A DNA stretch of 64,000 bases, from the NCBI GenBank assembly GCA_051294905.1, contig CM119375.1, forward strand, positions 7,006,001 to 7,070,000, read 5' to 3'. Of this stretch, positions 1 through 11,884 are shown piece by piece. The stretch comes from Botryllus schlosseri (lineage: Eukaryota). Made by a program: the position numbers and the translations under genes. How positions within the stretch are numbered: the stretch's first letter is position 1; the number at the start of each line of letters is the position of its first letter. The notes beneath the pieces are model-generated. The model was not told the DNA's origin and searched no databases. It saw nothing but the letters and a program-made list of their open reading frames with translations.

Positions 1-431
1 GTCATGGCGCACAAGGCTTGAATAGGCGATAAGTACCAATGTCGTCGTTGTATATAATAATAATTATCATCATTCCATTCAAATCTCTGCATCATTGTCT
101 AAGATACTAGATATGTCCGTTATTATTTGAAAATAAAATGAACTGGAATACCGTTGTGAAATCTCGTCAACGAGAGAATTTTGTCTATTTTAAACCCTAC
201 CCCGGCACGACCGCACTATTACGTGTTACCTGAATCAGGTTAAACACCGGGAAGATCGACTAATTTCATTTAATAAAATGTCATCATTATTTCATTGTGG
301 CGTCACATACGCAATGTATACCTGAATTGCTCAACTTCATGAGGATATTTTGCCTCAGCCGTTCTCTCAATTTCAGTAAAGGCTTCGCATTTTCTGTATG
401 GCGGTATTATATTAGAAATATGCATTATAAT

Positions 432-943
432 TAGGGCTGGGCAAAATCGAGTACCTGAGTGATTCGATTCTGAATCACGTATTCTGCTTCGATTCGATTC
501 GAGTATCACTCATTATGACGTAATAACAGAATGTAATATGCCAAAGTTCAAATATGTACCTATCATGTCACCACAAAGAATATTATGCCTGTTATCCATC
601 ACATTAAAGATACTTCGGCATTTTTTCGACCATACCTACTTCATTGCACTTTGTTACAATGTTGTGGGACGATCACGTTTTCGGAAATGTGTTGTTTCCA
701 CTAACGTTAGTAGCTTTTTACTATATGTTTCTAATGCTGCGATACGGCCAATCCAGGTTCTAAGTCTTCCACAGTGAGAAATGGTGTCGAAACTATAATT
801 CTCGTTGATAATTCAACTTTCAGTTGCCAGGAGCGTAGAATTTCAGTACTCGAAAACATCCGTATTTTACAATTCTCGACCCGAATCATTAAAATTAATG
901 CTCGATTCAGATTCGAGTACTCGAATCATTGTGCCGAGCCCTA
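432..943. mobile_element. hAT-type MITE with GATTCG-rich subterminal repeats
   Basis: TIRs tagggctgggca / tgccgagcccta; perfect 8-bp TSD ATTATAAT at 424-431 and 944-951. Confidence 0.85.
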
Positions 944-2055
944 ATTATAATATACAATGTACAATATTCGTTGAAATACCACTTGGAGTCAGAAACGGAT
1001 CCTGTAGTATTGTGGAATTCTATTGATGCGATTGTTTTGGGAAGAAACAAAAATCTGATAGTTACGTCACAACTGAGTCAGGCCTTCAATGAGGTTGACA
1101 TTGTGTGTTCAAAATATATCTCGAACTATAAATTAGGCCCGAATAATAAGTATGAACTTCAACCTTGGATTCTCAAAATTCGCCCCTAAATACCTAAACT
1201 AGGATAACCCATATATACGATTCCAGACATTCGACTCACAAAAGATTAGAAATCAAGAATGACACTGAATGTTACACCCTGGAACTACTGTTGCTGGTCA
1301 GACTTTGATTGCTACGCATCAGACATGCAATCTGAAGTGATGAAAACTGTCTTAACTCCTTAATTATCACACAAACCCGTAATTCTGACTCGGCAATCCG
1401 CAACCCAGAAATCGACATCGTGTGGAAATTCAAAATCGTAGAAGCCAACCTATTTTTTCAGCATTGGGTGAGGTTCCTGTCAACTTCAGCGATATAAAAT
1501 CAACTCCGTTCAGTTTAGTTTAACATCTTTTTTATCAATTTATACATTACAAGATTGTGAGGCGCAGCGAAAAAATAGGAAACATGCAAGTAATAAGTAT
1601 TTAAGCAAGTTGTGCATATACGCATTTCAGAGGGGTCAAAGTATTTGGCGTTGCTAACTGAAGTAGAAGTAGAGCGACCGCCGTAAAGTTCTACTCAATA
1701 GCAAGTAGAAGTAGCAATTTTCAAGACATGTCAAAATTACTTCAAGTGAAAGTAGAAAATGAAAGGTCATAAAAGTATTCGAGAAGGTAGGGTCGTAAAG
1801 TAGGTTTGATCGAGGGGTCCCATTGTGGTGGATACTTTTGAAATTACAAGATGCATCTCCCGGACTATATAACGCAAAATGACTATATTGACACTTCAAA
1901 TCGGTACGATTTTCAATAATATATTCAGCAGGTATACTGTAATGGATATTTGGCGCTGTTCACATGACAATTTGACGCAGAAAAGAGATGCAAACCTATC
2001 CCCAAACTACTTCCTACTTTTCAGAATCCCTAGTGTAAAATGAAAAAGTGCTAGG

Positions 2056-2409
2056 CAGGGGCTCTCAAACTTTTTTCGATACGTCCACCCGGGGCTTACG
2101 ATATTCAACGAATATCGTAGGCCCCGGTCCGCCATTATGACTGTCAAAAATTTCGCGCGCCCCTTATCGTGAAATAAAAATAACAATAATGAGAGCAATC
2201 AGCATGCTAGCAATCCCAACGGATAGTTTGATGACATTGAAGGTAATAGCTGTTGATGAGAAAATTCTGAAAGACGAAATTAGGTCAAAATACAAAGCAT
2301 TAATCAGGATATAAGGGTAAATCGATTGGGTGCCAAACATTTTAAAGTTAATTGCGGCTTCGCGCCCCCCCTTCAGAGGCTTTCACGCCCCCCAGTTTGA
2401 GAACCCCTG
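2056..2409. mobile_element. hAT (Charlie/Buster-like) MITE
   Basis: TIRs caggggctctcaaac / gtttgagaacccctg; flanks only loosely similar, no clean TSD. Confidence 0.7.
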
Positions 2410-2599
2410 AGCTAGAGTATATACGGGAGGAAGTTGTCTAAAACATATGAACATGAGCAAGTATTGTGCAATCGACAAAACCTACTTGAGCAATCCGAAA
2501 AAATGGAAGTAATTCGTTAGTTCAGCACCTGATGTGTGCATTTTTCATTTCGGTGATAGCTCAACATGCTGCTGCAAGATGGGGTGAGACACAAACAGT

Positions 2600-3690
2600 C
2601 ATGAGCATCGGGCGGACTTGGATGGAGTTCGGACCGGATTTTTCACAATTTTGAGACAGTCGGATCGGATTCGAATTCAAGGACAGATTTTGTTTCAGAT
2701 ATTTTCGGATAGTTGTAACTTCTGCTTCGGATATTTTTGGATAGTTCTTGCCTTACGTGACTTTTGATTTCAAGTCAAAAGAAAAAATCGTGCTATCGAC
2801 AACCAAACACGAGCAGTCAATAATACCTTTTAATAGGACTGGTAGCACTCTAAAGTTGTTCTGTCAAAGTTCCAAGCAAATATAAATCAGTTAACCCCAA
2901 CCTTAGCCTTTGTAAAGACTACTCATCTCAGGGGTACAATTATAGGATTCTTCATAAAAGTTATTCGATTCGGATTCTGGACGGCATTATTCGGATTCGC
3001 GTGGATTTTTGGTGGAGATTGCTCGGATTCGGACGGATAGTTCCTCGGAGACTTGAGGTGTCGGGCGGATTCGGATTATCAAAATTCAATATGGTACTAA
3101 AGTGCGGAGCATGGGCCAGAGCCGGATTGGATATCCGGCCGGATTTTTTCAATTTTGGCCGTAGCCGGATCAGTACTTTTTCTGTTACGGCCGGAGCCGG
3201 ATCACTACTTTTTTGATACGGCCGGAATCTTTATGGATAAGCATGAATTTTGCAACTAAATAACTACCAACCAACCACACGCAAGTAACCGCCAAGCCAG
3301 TGCGAAAATAGACGAGCCATATTTATAAATTCATGGAACCCCCGTCCCGTGTAGGGCCGGATTTCTAGACGGACTTTTTCATTTTTGGCTGGAGCCGGAT
3401 CAGTTTTTTTCCTGATACGGCCGGAGCCGGATCGGAGCCTGACCAGAGAATTGAAAAACCGGATCGGAGTCGGACCAGAGAATTTGTCGATCCGCTCCGC
3501 ACTACTAAACAATCCTTTAACGCCACCAAGCGTTATTATGTCGGTACCAGAAAGTGAGTTAATCGCACCTGTTTGCAACAACGCGATGCACTCCGTGTCA
3601 ACAGACCGCGAAACACACGTCGTTGCGTGAGCTGCGCACTGTGCAGTGTCGCAGACAAAGTTGAAGCTTTTGTCCCAGTGCATGGCTCAT
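2600..3690. repeat. CCGGAT/GGATTCGG-rich degenerate repeat, probably an old MITE
   Basis: Dense ccggat/atccgg/cggattcgg motifs; termini degenerate, no TSD found. Confidence 0.5.
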
Positions 3691-4311
3691 TGGCAGAAGC
3701 CGTAAAACACGCGTTCTCGCGCCAATATTTGTTATTAATCGTTTGACTTATGACGGAAACCTTCTCGTGTATCAGGTGCGAAATTCATCTTGGGTTGAAG
3801 TGGTGGCTGCTCCGAATTGAAGTTATATACAGCGGTGGACACTGATCAGTAACGAAGGGCTTCTAGGTTTTCGAAGTAGCCTACTCAAGTTGTTCTCTGG
3901 CTACTACGTCAAGGCCTACTGCGTCATATTTTGTGACTCAACTTATTTACTTTTCACTATTTACAGTTGTCAATTTAAAGTATTATGCCCTTTTAATAAG
4001 AGAGTGAGGGTGAGACCAAGAAGGAAAAAATTTCGGTCTGTTTTCGAGGAAAGTCCAGAATTTTCGTCATGCTTGGAGCAAAGGAGCAATGTTCCCGATA
4101 ATTTTTCATCAACTCACCAACTCACTGCGCGGTCCCTTGGACAACAGTGCGTAACAATAGGCTTACCACGGCTTGAATCCCAATTTACCCGCATTTTTTC
4201 CGATAATCTGTGGTGTTGACTGAAAAAAGGGTCATCACTTTGACTCGACTCCCGATTTCCCCGATTTTTACGAACTCATCTGAAGTTCGCTGCGTCCGAG
4301 TTGTTTTTATC

Positions 4312-4759
4312 TAGGCTTACCATATTTTGGAAATCTAAAAAGAGGACACCTTTTCAGAAATTTCAGACTTGCAAAACCGGAGAAGAATTGTCAAAAACCG
4401 GTAAATTTTTCCCACTTTGTGATCGGTTGACTGACTAAAAAAAAAAAAAAAAGGTCATCTTTTCCGCTCAGATCTCAAAATACCGTTTTTCTCCACGTTG
4501 CCAGGTGGTTGATAAAAAAAATGGTCAACTTTTCGCTCAGAGCTAAAATCACCGTTTTTCACTCCAAAATACCCGCCGGAGCTTCACTTCTGTGCTAATT
4601 TACCGCATATCACTCGCAATTTGCTCTAAACCTGACCTAAATTTTCAAAAAAGAGGACAAAATCTCAAAAAGAGGACAAAAGGGCGTCCTCCGAGGACAC
4701 TTTCAAAAACGTCAAAAAAGAGGACAAATCCTCTTAAAAGAGGACGTTTGGTAAGCCTA
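4312..4759. mobile_element. hAT-type MITE (TAGG-ended, AAGAGGAC repeats)
   Basis: TIRs taggcttacca / tggtaagccta; perfect TSD TTTTTATC; inverted family member at 11507-11884. Confidence 0.85.
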
Positions 4760-4972
4760 TTTTTATCGCGTTTTAATACATTTTCTGCGAAAAGAGATGG
4801 TGTCGCTTCGAAATGCTGATTACAAATTAGTTATGTATATTTGTACATCTGTAGTGATTGTATTTTTTTTTCGAACCACAGGTGGATTTTTTTGTGATCG
4901 GCACTAATTCTTCTGTGCGTGCGCGCGCGTAGTTCAGAGGGAACATTCAGTATAACCACTATCCCGGTTCGG

Positions 4973-5137
4973 TTTATTAACAATTTCTATTGGTTCAATT
5001 CACCAAAAAATTGCGATACAGTGAAAAGAAGGCGTCGAAACGATTTGGAGTATACTATAGTCTATGAGATCAGACACTCATCACCTTGGCCTAGCTAGGC
5101 GATATAGAGAGGAGGCATGCACATTGCATAGTTTCTG
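4973..5137 (-). mobile_element. L2/CR1-type LINE 3'UTR fragment (family B)
   Basis: Similar to 12320-12520, 50841-51030 and 54183-55996 (shared ccttggcctaggcgat...gaggaggcatgcaca core). Confidence 0.55.
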
Positions 5138-5190
5138 TCTGGCAAAACGAATGTGAAACCATAGTGTCCTGTATGGTGTCGACACAAGCA

Positions 5191-5513
5191 AATCTCACGC
5201 CTCAGTGAAATTGATTCACGTCACAATTTCCATTTGGCTACAGGCAATTTGACAGTCATGTTTGACCGGCTTGCCGAGCAATAAACTTGGTAAAACGGGT
5301 ATCAATCGAAAGCCGACTCTGCACTGATTTCGAAAATATAAATTTTATTCCGCTCGTGACCCTGGAACCCCCACAATCAGCCTCCAATTTTTCATTGTTA
5401 TGGAGATTGGCATGGGGACGCAACAATGCTGTCTGGCGAAACGAGAGAGTAGCTCAAGAGCAAAAGAGCGGCTGCGCAGCGAGAGTGGAGAACTCAGCTG
5501 GCGTCGCGGCAAT
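5191..5513 (+). repeat. Left arm of a ~320-bp inverted repeat pair
   Basis: Reverse complement aligns with 12003-12317 (cagtgaaattgattcacgtcacaatttccatttggctacaggcaatttgacagtc...). Confidence 0.85.
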
Positions 5514-6000
5514 GATACCGCTGTATTGCTTCTCACGCACGAGGTCTCTGGGAGTGTCTATAATTCGTGCATGTCGCCAATGTCGCCAATGTCGACGTGT
5601 ATCTATTTTGTCAATGTCGCCAATGTCACCAATGCCGCTCGGGGGCCGAAACTAGGGTACTGTAATGACAGGATTTCTGGTGACTCGACTTGAATCAATC
5701 TTGGTATTGACTTGACCTGTACTCGAATGACGTGGACCAAGTTATGACTCCAGACTGCATGGGATATAACTTTTCGACCAAACAACTCCAATTCTGAAGC
5801 CATGAAATTCATCACTCGGCTACTCAAGCACTTCGACTATCTCGCTACATACTACGCGATTCTTGACCTGAAGATTACATGGCCACAAACGCAAATTATT
5901 TATAACTAATCATAATATTTACATTTTTAGGCCTACGTTGAATTGAATAAACGTCGAAATCTTTATACATTCCAGTGTAAGATTCGCGATGAAAATACAC

Positions 6001-6075
6001 GACCGGGCGTAGGTACGCTGGCAAAAAGTACACTATCTCGCTCGGTTACGAGTTCGAGTCCGACCGAGGTTGGCT
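6001..6075 (+). mobile_element. tRNA-like SINE head remnant
   Basis: B-box-like GAGTTCGAGTCC at 6050-6061 enclosed by a ctcggt/accgag stem; A-box poor. Confidence 0.35.
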
Positions 6076-6183
6076 CTAGAATTCCTACCTAAGTGTTGCA
6101 GGTTTATCTAGACTCCTCGCTATTCCTACGTAATGTGTTTGAGGTTTATCTAGGCTCCTCCTCGCCATGTCATTCGTGTAAAC

Positions 6184-6633
6184 CAGGGATTGTCGGCAAT
6201 GGCGACATTGGTGATATAGCCGACATTGGTGACATTGGTGATATAGCCGACATTGGTGACATTGGCGACATTGGTGACATTGGCGACATTAGTGACATTG
6301 GCGACATTGACAAAATAGATACACGTCGACATTGGTGACATTGGCGACATGTACAAATTAAAGACACCCGGTCTCTGGCACTCGGAGAAATCCGAGTGTT
6401 GATTGAAAAATGATAAACCAAATTCCAACGTGAACGTCACTGTTCGGTTAAAACTCCTGTATTCCTGACAAGTGCTATATAGGCCTATAGGCTTGGTAAT
6501 AGAGCATTCCAGTGAAAAACAAAGGTAAGGATTTGGTGGTAACATTTTGGAATATTTTGACTGGTCCGGCCCGCAAGCTATCTAATAATGGATTGAATCC
6601 GGATCGCGATCCCAGTTTAGTTCGACAACCCTG
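6184..6633. mobile_element. hAT-type MITE containing a 9-bp tandem array (GGYGACATT)n
   Basis: TIRs cagggattgtcg / cgacaaccctg; degenerate TSD gtgtaaac/ctgtaagc; array at ~6198-6350; inverted partial copy at ~5565-5636. Confidence 0.7.
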
Positions 6634-6648
6634 CTGTAAGCCTTTTAT

Positions 6649-7862
6649 TATAGAAATTAAACATGGAACGGCAACGACCGACCGATTTTGCAGCTTCGCC
6701 GAGGCTGGAGTGGAGAATTGTTTTGCGTAAGCGACTGTGGGATTTCTGGCAATCCAAAAGCTATCTTCCCGAGCGCAGAAATTACTGAATCTGGTCTTGA
6801 TCGAAAGCTACTGTTGCACCGATTCCGAAAATATAAATTAAAATAATGATCAGGCACTAATCCACCTAGAATCCGTCCTCCAAGTCTGAAATATCGGCAT
6901 TGTTCGAACAATCGAAGAGTCGCAATGGGTCATTGTTATGGCCATTGTGTTGCGGTTAACCGATTGTTCTGAACAATGCCGATATTTCAGACTTGGAGAG
7001 AGAGAGAGAGTCTTTATTTTCATCGAACCAAAATACATAACAAACGGCAGTGATGGTGGTCCAGAAAATATGCGTGCACAGTATTCGGTATTAGATAGGA
7101 ATGATCGATAAGACCGTGAAGGTCATCTAGTCTGATCACACCAGCATCAAACAGGTACACTTGACTCAGAACAGTCTGGCTGTGAAAAAATGTTTAGTTA
7201 GGAAAGGAAAACATAAAAAATAATTAAACAATGGTAGCAAATGATCAATGAAGCAATGTCTGGGCGAGGTAGGGCAACAGTGTTAGTGTAACGACAAGAG
7301 GCGATCAAGTAGGGCTTTTTTGAATCTATTATAAGGCAATTCACGGATATGTGATGGTAATGCATTCCAGATGATAGGTCCCGAGTAGTCGATAGATCTC
7401 TTAGTTAGGTTGCTATTGGGTTGGGGTAAGTAGACGTTTCCTTTAGACGAAGATCTTGTGTAATGGGAATGGACATGTTTAGCAGGTATGAAAAAGTCAT
7501 CAAACACAGGAGGGAGACTATTGGAAAAATATTTGTGAACAACTTTTGATACTTCGAAGCGATACAGTTCATCAACTCGCAAAATTCGATGCTTACTATA
7601 GTAAGGCGATAAATTGGTACGTAAAGGTACAGATTCCAGGTGGATCAGTGCCCGAACATTATTATAATTTATATTTTCGGAATCGGTGCAACAGTAGCTT
7701 TCGATCAAGACCAGATTCAGTAATTTCTGCGCTCAGGAAGATAGCTTTTGGATTGCCAGAAATCCTACAGTCGCTTACGCAAAACAATTCCCCACTCCAG
7801 CCTCGGCGAAGCGGAACGAAGCTGCAAAATCGGTCGTTGCCGTTCCATGTTTAATTTCTATA
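6649..7862. mobile_element. Foldback-like element with ~225-bp TIRs and 7-bp TSD
   Basis: 6649-6873 is the reverse complement of ~7633-7862; cttttat flanks both ends (6642-6648, 7863-7869). Confidence 0.7.
6999..7632 (-). mobile_element. 5'-truncated L2/Crack-type LINE (ORF2 C-terminus, 3'UTR, (CT)n tail; family A)
   Basis: Frame reads ...HRILRVDELYRFEVSKVVHKY...HSHYTRS...KRSIDYSGPIIWNALPSHIRELPYNRFKKALL*, typical of CR1/L2 ORF2 ends; AATAAA followed by a (CT)n tail near 7000. Confidence 0.8.
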
Positions 7863-7897
7863 CTTTTATCAACATTTTACCTGCTGCATTCGCGGAC

Positions 7898-8169
7898 CAA
7901 GTCAAGGAAAGGCTGGTAATGTGTGCTCACACTTGACCAATGCGACTATAGATAGTATCAACAGCGCAACGTGTCTCTGCTGGAGCCATACACAACAAGC
8001 GGGTTAGGGCAATCGATATCATAATAATCTGACATATCTAATGTAGACACCTACTTAGACGGATCTCTATAAGTTGAAGGATGATGCGCGATAATTCGTA
8101 GGATCCTAATGCATTCTGTGGACCCAGATCTACCCTTACAAGTCAAGGAAAGGCTGGTAATGTGTGCTC
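7898..8169 (+). repeat. 31-bp exact direct repeat, 241-bp period
   Basis: caagtcaaggaaaggctggtaatgtgtgctc at 7898-7928 and 8139-8169. Confidence 0.85.
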
Positions 8170-8605
8170 GCTTCTACCGAAGCGTCTATAGCCGTGGTTC
8201 CCAACCTTTTTGGCTTTATTCCCCACTTCAGATTTATTCCGAGTCTTCATTCCCCACAACCCCAAACTCTTGAATATCTTTAAAAATGCCCCTCCATAAC
8301 ATTTTGCCCGAAGTTTAGCATAAGAACTTGCTATTGGAAAACCACACCAGTACGCAAGACAATCGCCTATAACTTCAACATAAAACGTATTGTGAACTGA
8401 TACCGGTAACTCTCAAAATTTAGCGAAAGAGTTATATCACGCCATATTGGGGGTGATGCATGTGTTTGTAACGCCATCATTTGTTATCCAGAGTTCAATA
8501 ATGAGTTTTGGTGAACAAATACATTTCGATACATCCATTCCGGAGCAATTAACTGGTATCGTTAATCGCGCGTGTCTTCGTAAATATGTAGACTATCCTG
8601 TATAT

Positions 8606-11496
8606 CAGGGGTGGGCAACATACGGCCCGCGGGCCGGATCCGGCCCGCGAAGGGATTTTGTCCTGCCCGCGGACAGTTTTCCGTTTTACATGATAATGTG
8701 ACCCGCGGCCCTAGTCTGCCGAGATTTTCCACTACTTGCTTACAACGTCAAAGTTTAGTGACTGCCTACTGCATGTTATTATATACGTATATGCGCAGCG
8801 TGCTAGAGTGGAGCTTACGCGTAATTTCGTCGAAGCGAGAAGACTTGCATTATCGGCATTTGCCAGTGGCGGCTCGTCCTATAGGGCAACTGGGGCATTG
8901 CCCCACCTAAAATTCTGTTCAATAACAGTTCTTTACCATTTATAGACGCACAGCAATCTATATATACCGAAATCACAGCAAAAATCGTATTCTTCTTGTC
9001 CTTTCGCTTGTAAATGCCCATATATATAGCGAAGTCTCTGCGAAAATCGAATTCTCTTCGTGTTTTCGCTTTGCAAATGCCTAGCCGGGGCATGCCCCGG
9101 TAGCGCTCATAACAAGCTTTCACTGTCTATTCTCTCAAAGCTGCGCACAATAAAGAAACAGTGATTTACTCTCTCCTATTCATAAAATGACCGAGCAACC
9201 GGGGCAACATAGCCTGCTCGCCCTTAAGGTGTGATGTAACAATCGTATCTACATCTGAACTCGGTTACCGTCATATGCGTTTAGTCGACCTTTGCTGGTA
9301 TAGGTCGATTTTGATGGTGTTTCACACCATGATAATTCTTGAAACTTGGTATGTCATGTCGTGATGGTGGTATTTAACATTGTCCCAAGTTTCAGGGTTT
9401 CTACTTAAAGTTTAGGGTAGTAATTCCGTTTCCGAAGTTGAGTGTGTGCTGATTCGTCATGTATCGCAAACAGATTTTACTCAAAAGCCGGTATTGGTAT
9501 CCATTGATTTTGACGATGTTCCATACCGAGATCGGTCATGACATTTGGTACGGTAAGTCTTAATGTTAGTATTCAACGCGGTACCAAGTTTCAAGTTTGT
9601 CACTGTACTGTGTTAGTGGTAATTTGGTTTCCTAAGTCGAGTGAGAGCTGACTCGTCATTTATCGCAAACATATTTTACGCAAAGCCGGTATTGGTCTCC
9701 ATTGATTTTAACGATGCTCCTTACCTAGATCCGTCATGAGCTTTTGCATGGTATGTCTTGATTTTAGTATCGAACGCTGTGCCAAGTCTTAAGGTTGGCA
9801 CTCAATGATTAGGGCAGCAATTTCGTTATCAAGGTCGAGTATGTTAAAGATGTGCGCTGATCTGACACTTAGCCTACCTAACGCATTGCGGATTTCACGC
9901 AAAAGTCGGCGTATCTGTGTTAACGCTAACTGTGTTCCATACTGAGATAAGTGATGAGATGATGATATCATGAAACAGTTTACTAACATCCTCGGTTTGC
10001 ATTCAAATATTTACTTTTATTTTATATTCTCCAATGTCAATTTTGACCGTGAAATTGTGGCCTTCAGGCCATTTGCTTACAATTACAACCCCTGTCAAGC
10101 GCGATAGCTGTTTCGTTTTCGATGGCGGCTAACAGCTGATCGCTTGATCAATGATAAGCCTATTCCTCAGTAAATTTTACGCAAAATTCGGTGTTGGTCT
10201 GTTTGTATTAATTTTGACAGTGTACCATACCGAAAACGGTCATGAGGCTACTTCTCGTTGATTTCATGTAACAGTGTACCAAGTTTTCGGCTTTCATCCA
10301 CGTATTTATTCGGTAATATATTTTCCAAAGGCGATTTTGCAGCAGACATATAGACCGTAAGCCGTATGTGTCGTGTGACAGTCTCCAGCATCAAGGCCAA
10401 AATATCTCCTATGCTGTATCGGGACCGAATTTCCGAGGCTGCTATCCGTAGTTCTTCAGAATTATGTTTTGGATTCAATATGACATTGTCCAATCTATGA
10501 GATAACAATTGCGTATGTGTCCGAACACGTTGACCTTTCCAGCTAGGCTTACGCAATCTCTCGAGTTATAGTCATTTCCATTTCTGCAGATAATTAGTCA
10601 AGTCAGGTATAGTGCGAACATGAGCCGTGTGAAATCTTTGTTCCGCACGCCGTTTACGCAGTTACCACACTTCAAGTCACAGCTCACCGGCAGACCTCTC
10701 GCGGCACATACGTTACATCACTGTTGTCGGGAAGTTCGTGTTACCGTAGTTCGTACCAATAAGTTACTTGTTTACGTTGGAAAACTCCATTGTGACGTCA
10801 TCTTGATAAAAAGTCGCTTGCAGCCCTTGCCCCACCACCCGATATTGTCACGAGCCGCCACTGGCATTTGCGATGTACTCAACCCTAATGTCGTTTGTGG
10901 TAATCATGGTGTTTGTCGACAACAATGATCAATTACACCAGGCTGATATTTCTTATTTTTCATTCTGTAACCGCCGACTTGTAGCATGGCACACTTCTAG
11001 GCTTTTGTAAGACGAAAACACTGCTTATACCAAGGGGTCGCCAACTCAAAACGGGTCGCGGGCCACTTTTCAAATTTCGTAGAGGTCGCGGACGGCATGA
11101 ATTCATTATCGAGATTTCTCAGGCCACACAGTTGAACAACGATGCTATCTCGTCACCTACTCAACCCTAACGTAAATTAGGTACCGGGGTTATCGAACTC
11201 CTTGAAATCTTAATTGAGGATTGCACCGTGTGTTGATTGATCAGATAGAAGCAGACATGGCGGCGCCTGTATGACAATGCTATTCTCAAATCCACATTGT
11301 CTTCGTCATTATCGGCGAGAAATGGCTTTGAAGTGACATTACTGTCGTTAAAATGTATTCATTAAATGCGATTTATTCCTTGTATATGTGGAATGTGGAT
11401 AAATGGGCGAATATTGTATCGATTCAGCAATCCGGCCCGCCAAGTACTTAATTTTCCTATATCCGGCCCGCCGACTCGAGAAGTTGCCCGCCCCTG
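8606..11496. mobile_element. ~0.88-kb hAT element (GGCCCGC repeats) interrupted by a 2-kb insertion
   Basis: TIRs caggggtgggcaac / gttgcccgcccctg; perfect TSD CTGTATAT; uninterrupted inverted copy at 35480-36361. Confidence 0.85.
8864..10863. mobile_element. 2.0-kb non-autonomous hAT-type element with internal ~190-bp repeats
   Basis: TIRs cagtggcggctcgt / acgagccgccactg; perfect TSD GCATTTGC; host sequence resumes exactly after it. Confidence 0.85.
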
Positions 11497-11506
11497 CTGT
11501 ATATAA

Positions 11507-11884
11507 TAGGGTTACCATACGTCCTCTTTTTTGACTTTTTTGAAAGTGTCCGCGGAGGACGCCCTTTTGTCCTCTTTTTTGAAAATTTAGGTCACATTTA
11601 GAGCAAAATGCGAGTGATATACCGTAAATTAGCACAGAAGTGACGCTCCGGCGGGTATTTCGGAGTGAAAAACGGTGATTTAAGCTCTGAGCGAAAAATT
11701 GACCTTTTTTTTTTCTTTTTTTAGTCAACCACCTAGCAATGTGGAACGGGATTTTGAGCTCTGAGCGGAAAGTTGACAAAGTGGGAAAAATTCACCGATT
11801 TTTGAGAATTCCTCTCCGGTTTTGCAAGTCTCAAATTTCGGAAAAAGCGTCCTCTTTTTAGATTTCCAAAATATGGTAAGCCTA
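11507..11884. mobile_element. hAT-type MITE (TAGG-ended)
   Basis: TIRs tagggttaccata / tatggtaagccta; perfect TSD GTATATAA; inverted relative of 4312-4759. Confidence 0.85.

Noticed and set aside
2961-3683. Overlapping 63-139 aa ORFs
   Set aside because: They derive from the CCGGAT-rich repeat and show no domain-like content
6198-6350. CRISPR-like appearance of short arrays (also GATTAC, TGACTC and TACTT arrays)
   Set aside because: No unique spacers, no cas genes, eukaryotic context; these are subterminal MITE repeats
6093-6545. Repetitive ORFs (IGDIAD, NVANVT, SPMSPM)
   Set aside because: Translations of a 9-bp array inside a TIR-bounded MITE; open in several frames on both strands
7546-7854. 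Similar ORFs at 7546-7854 (+) and 6657-6911 (-) resembling paralogous genes
   Set aside because: They are the two arms of one inverted repeat
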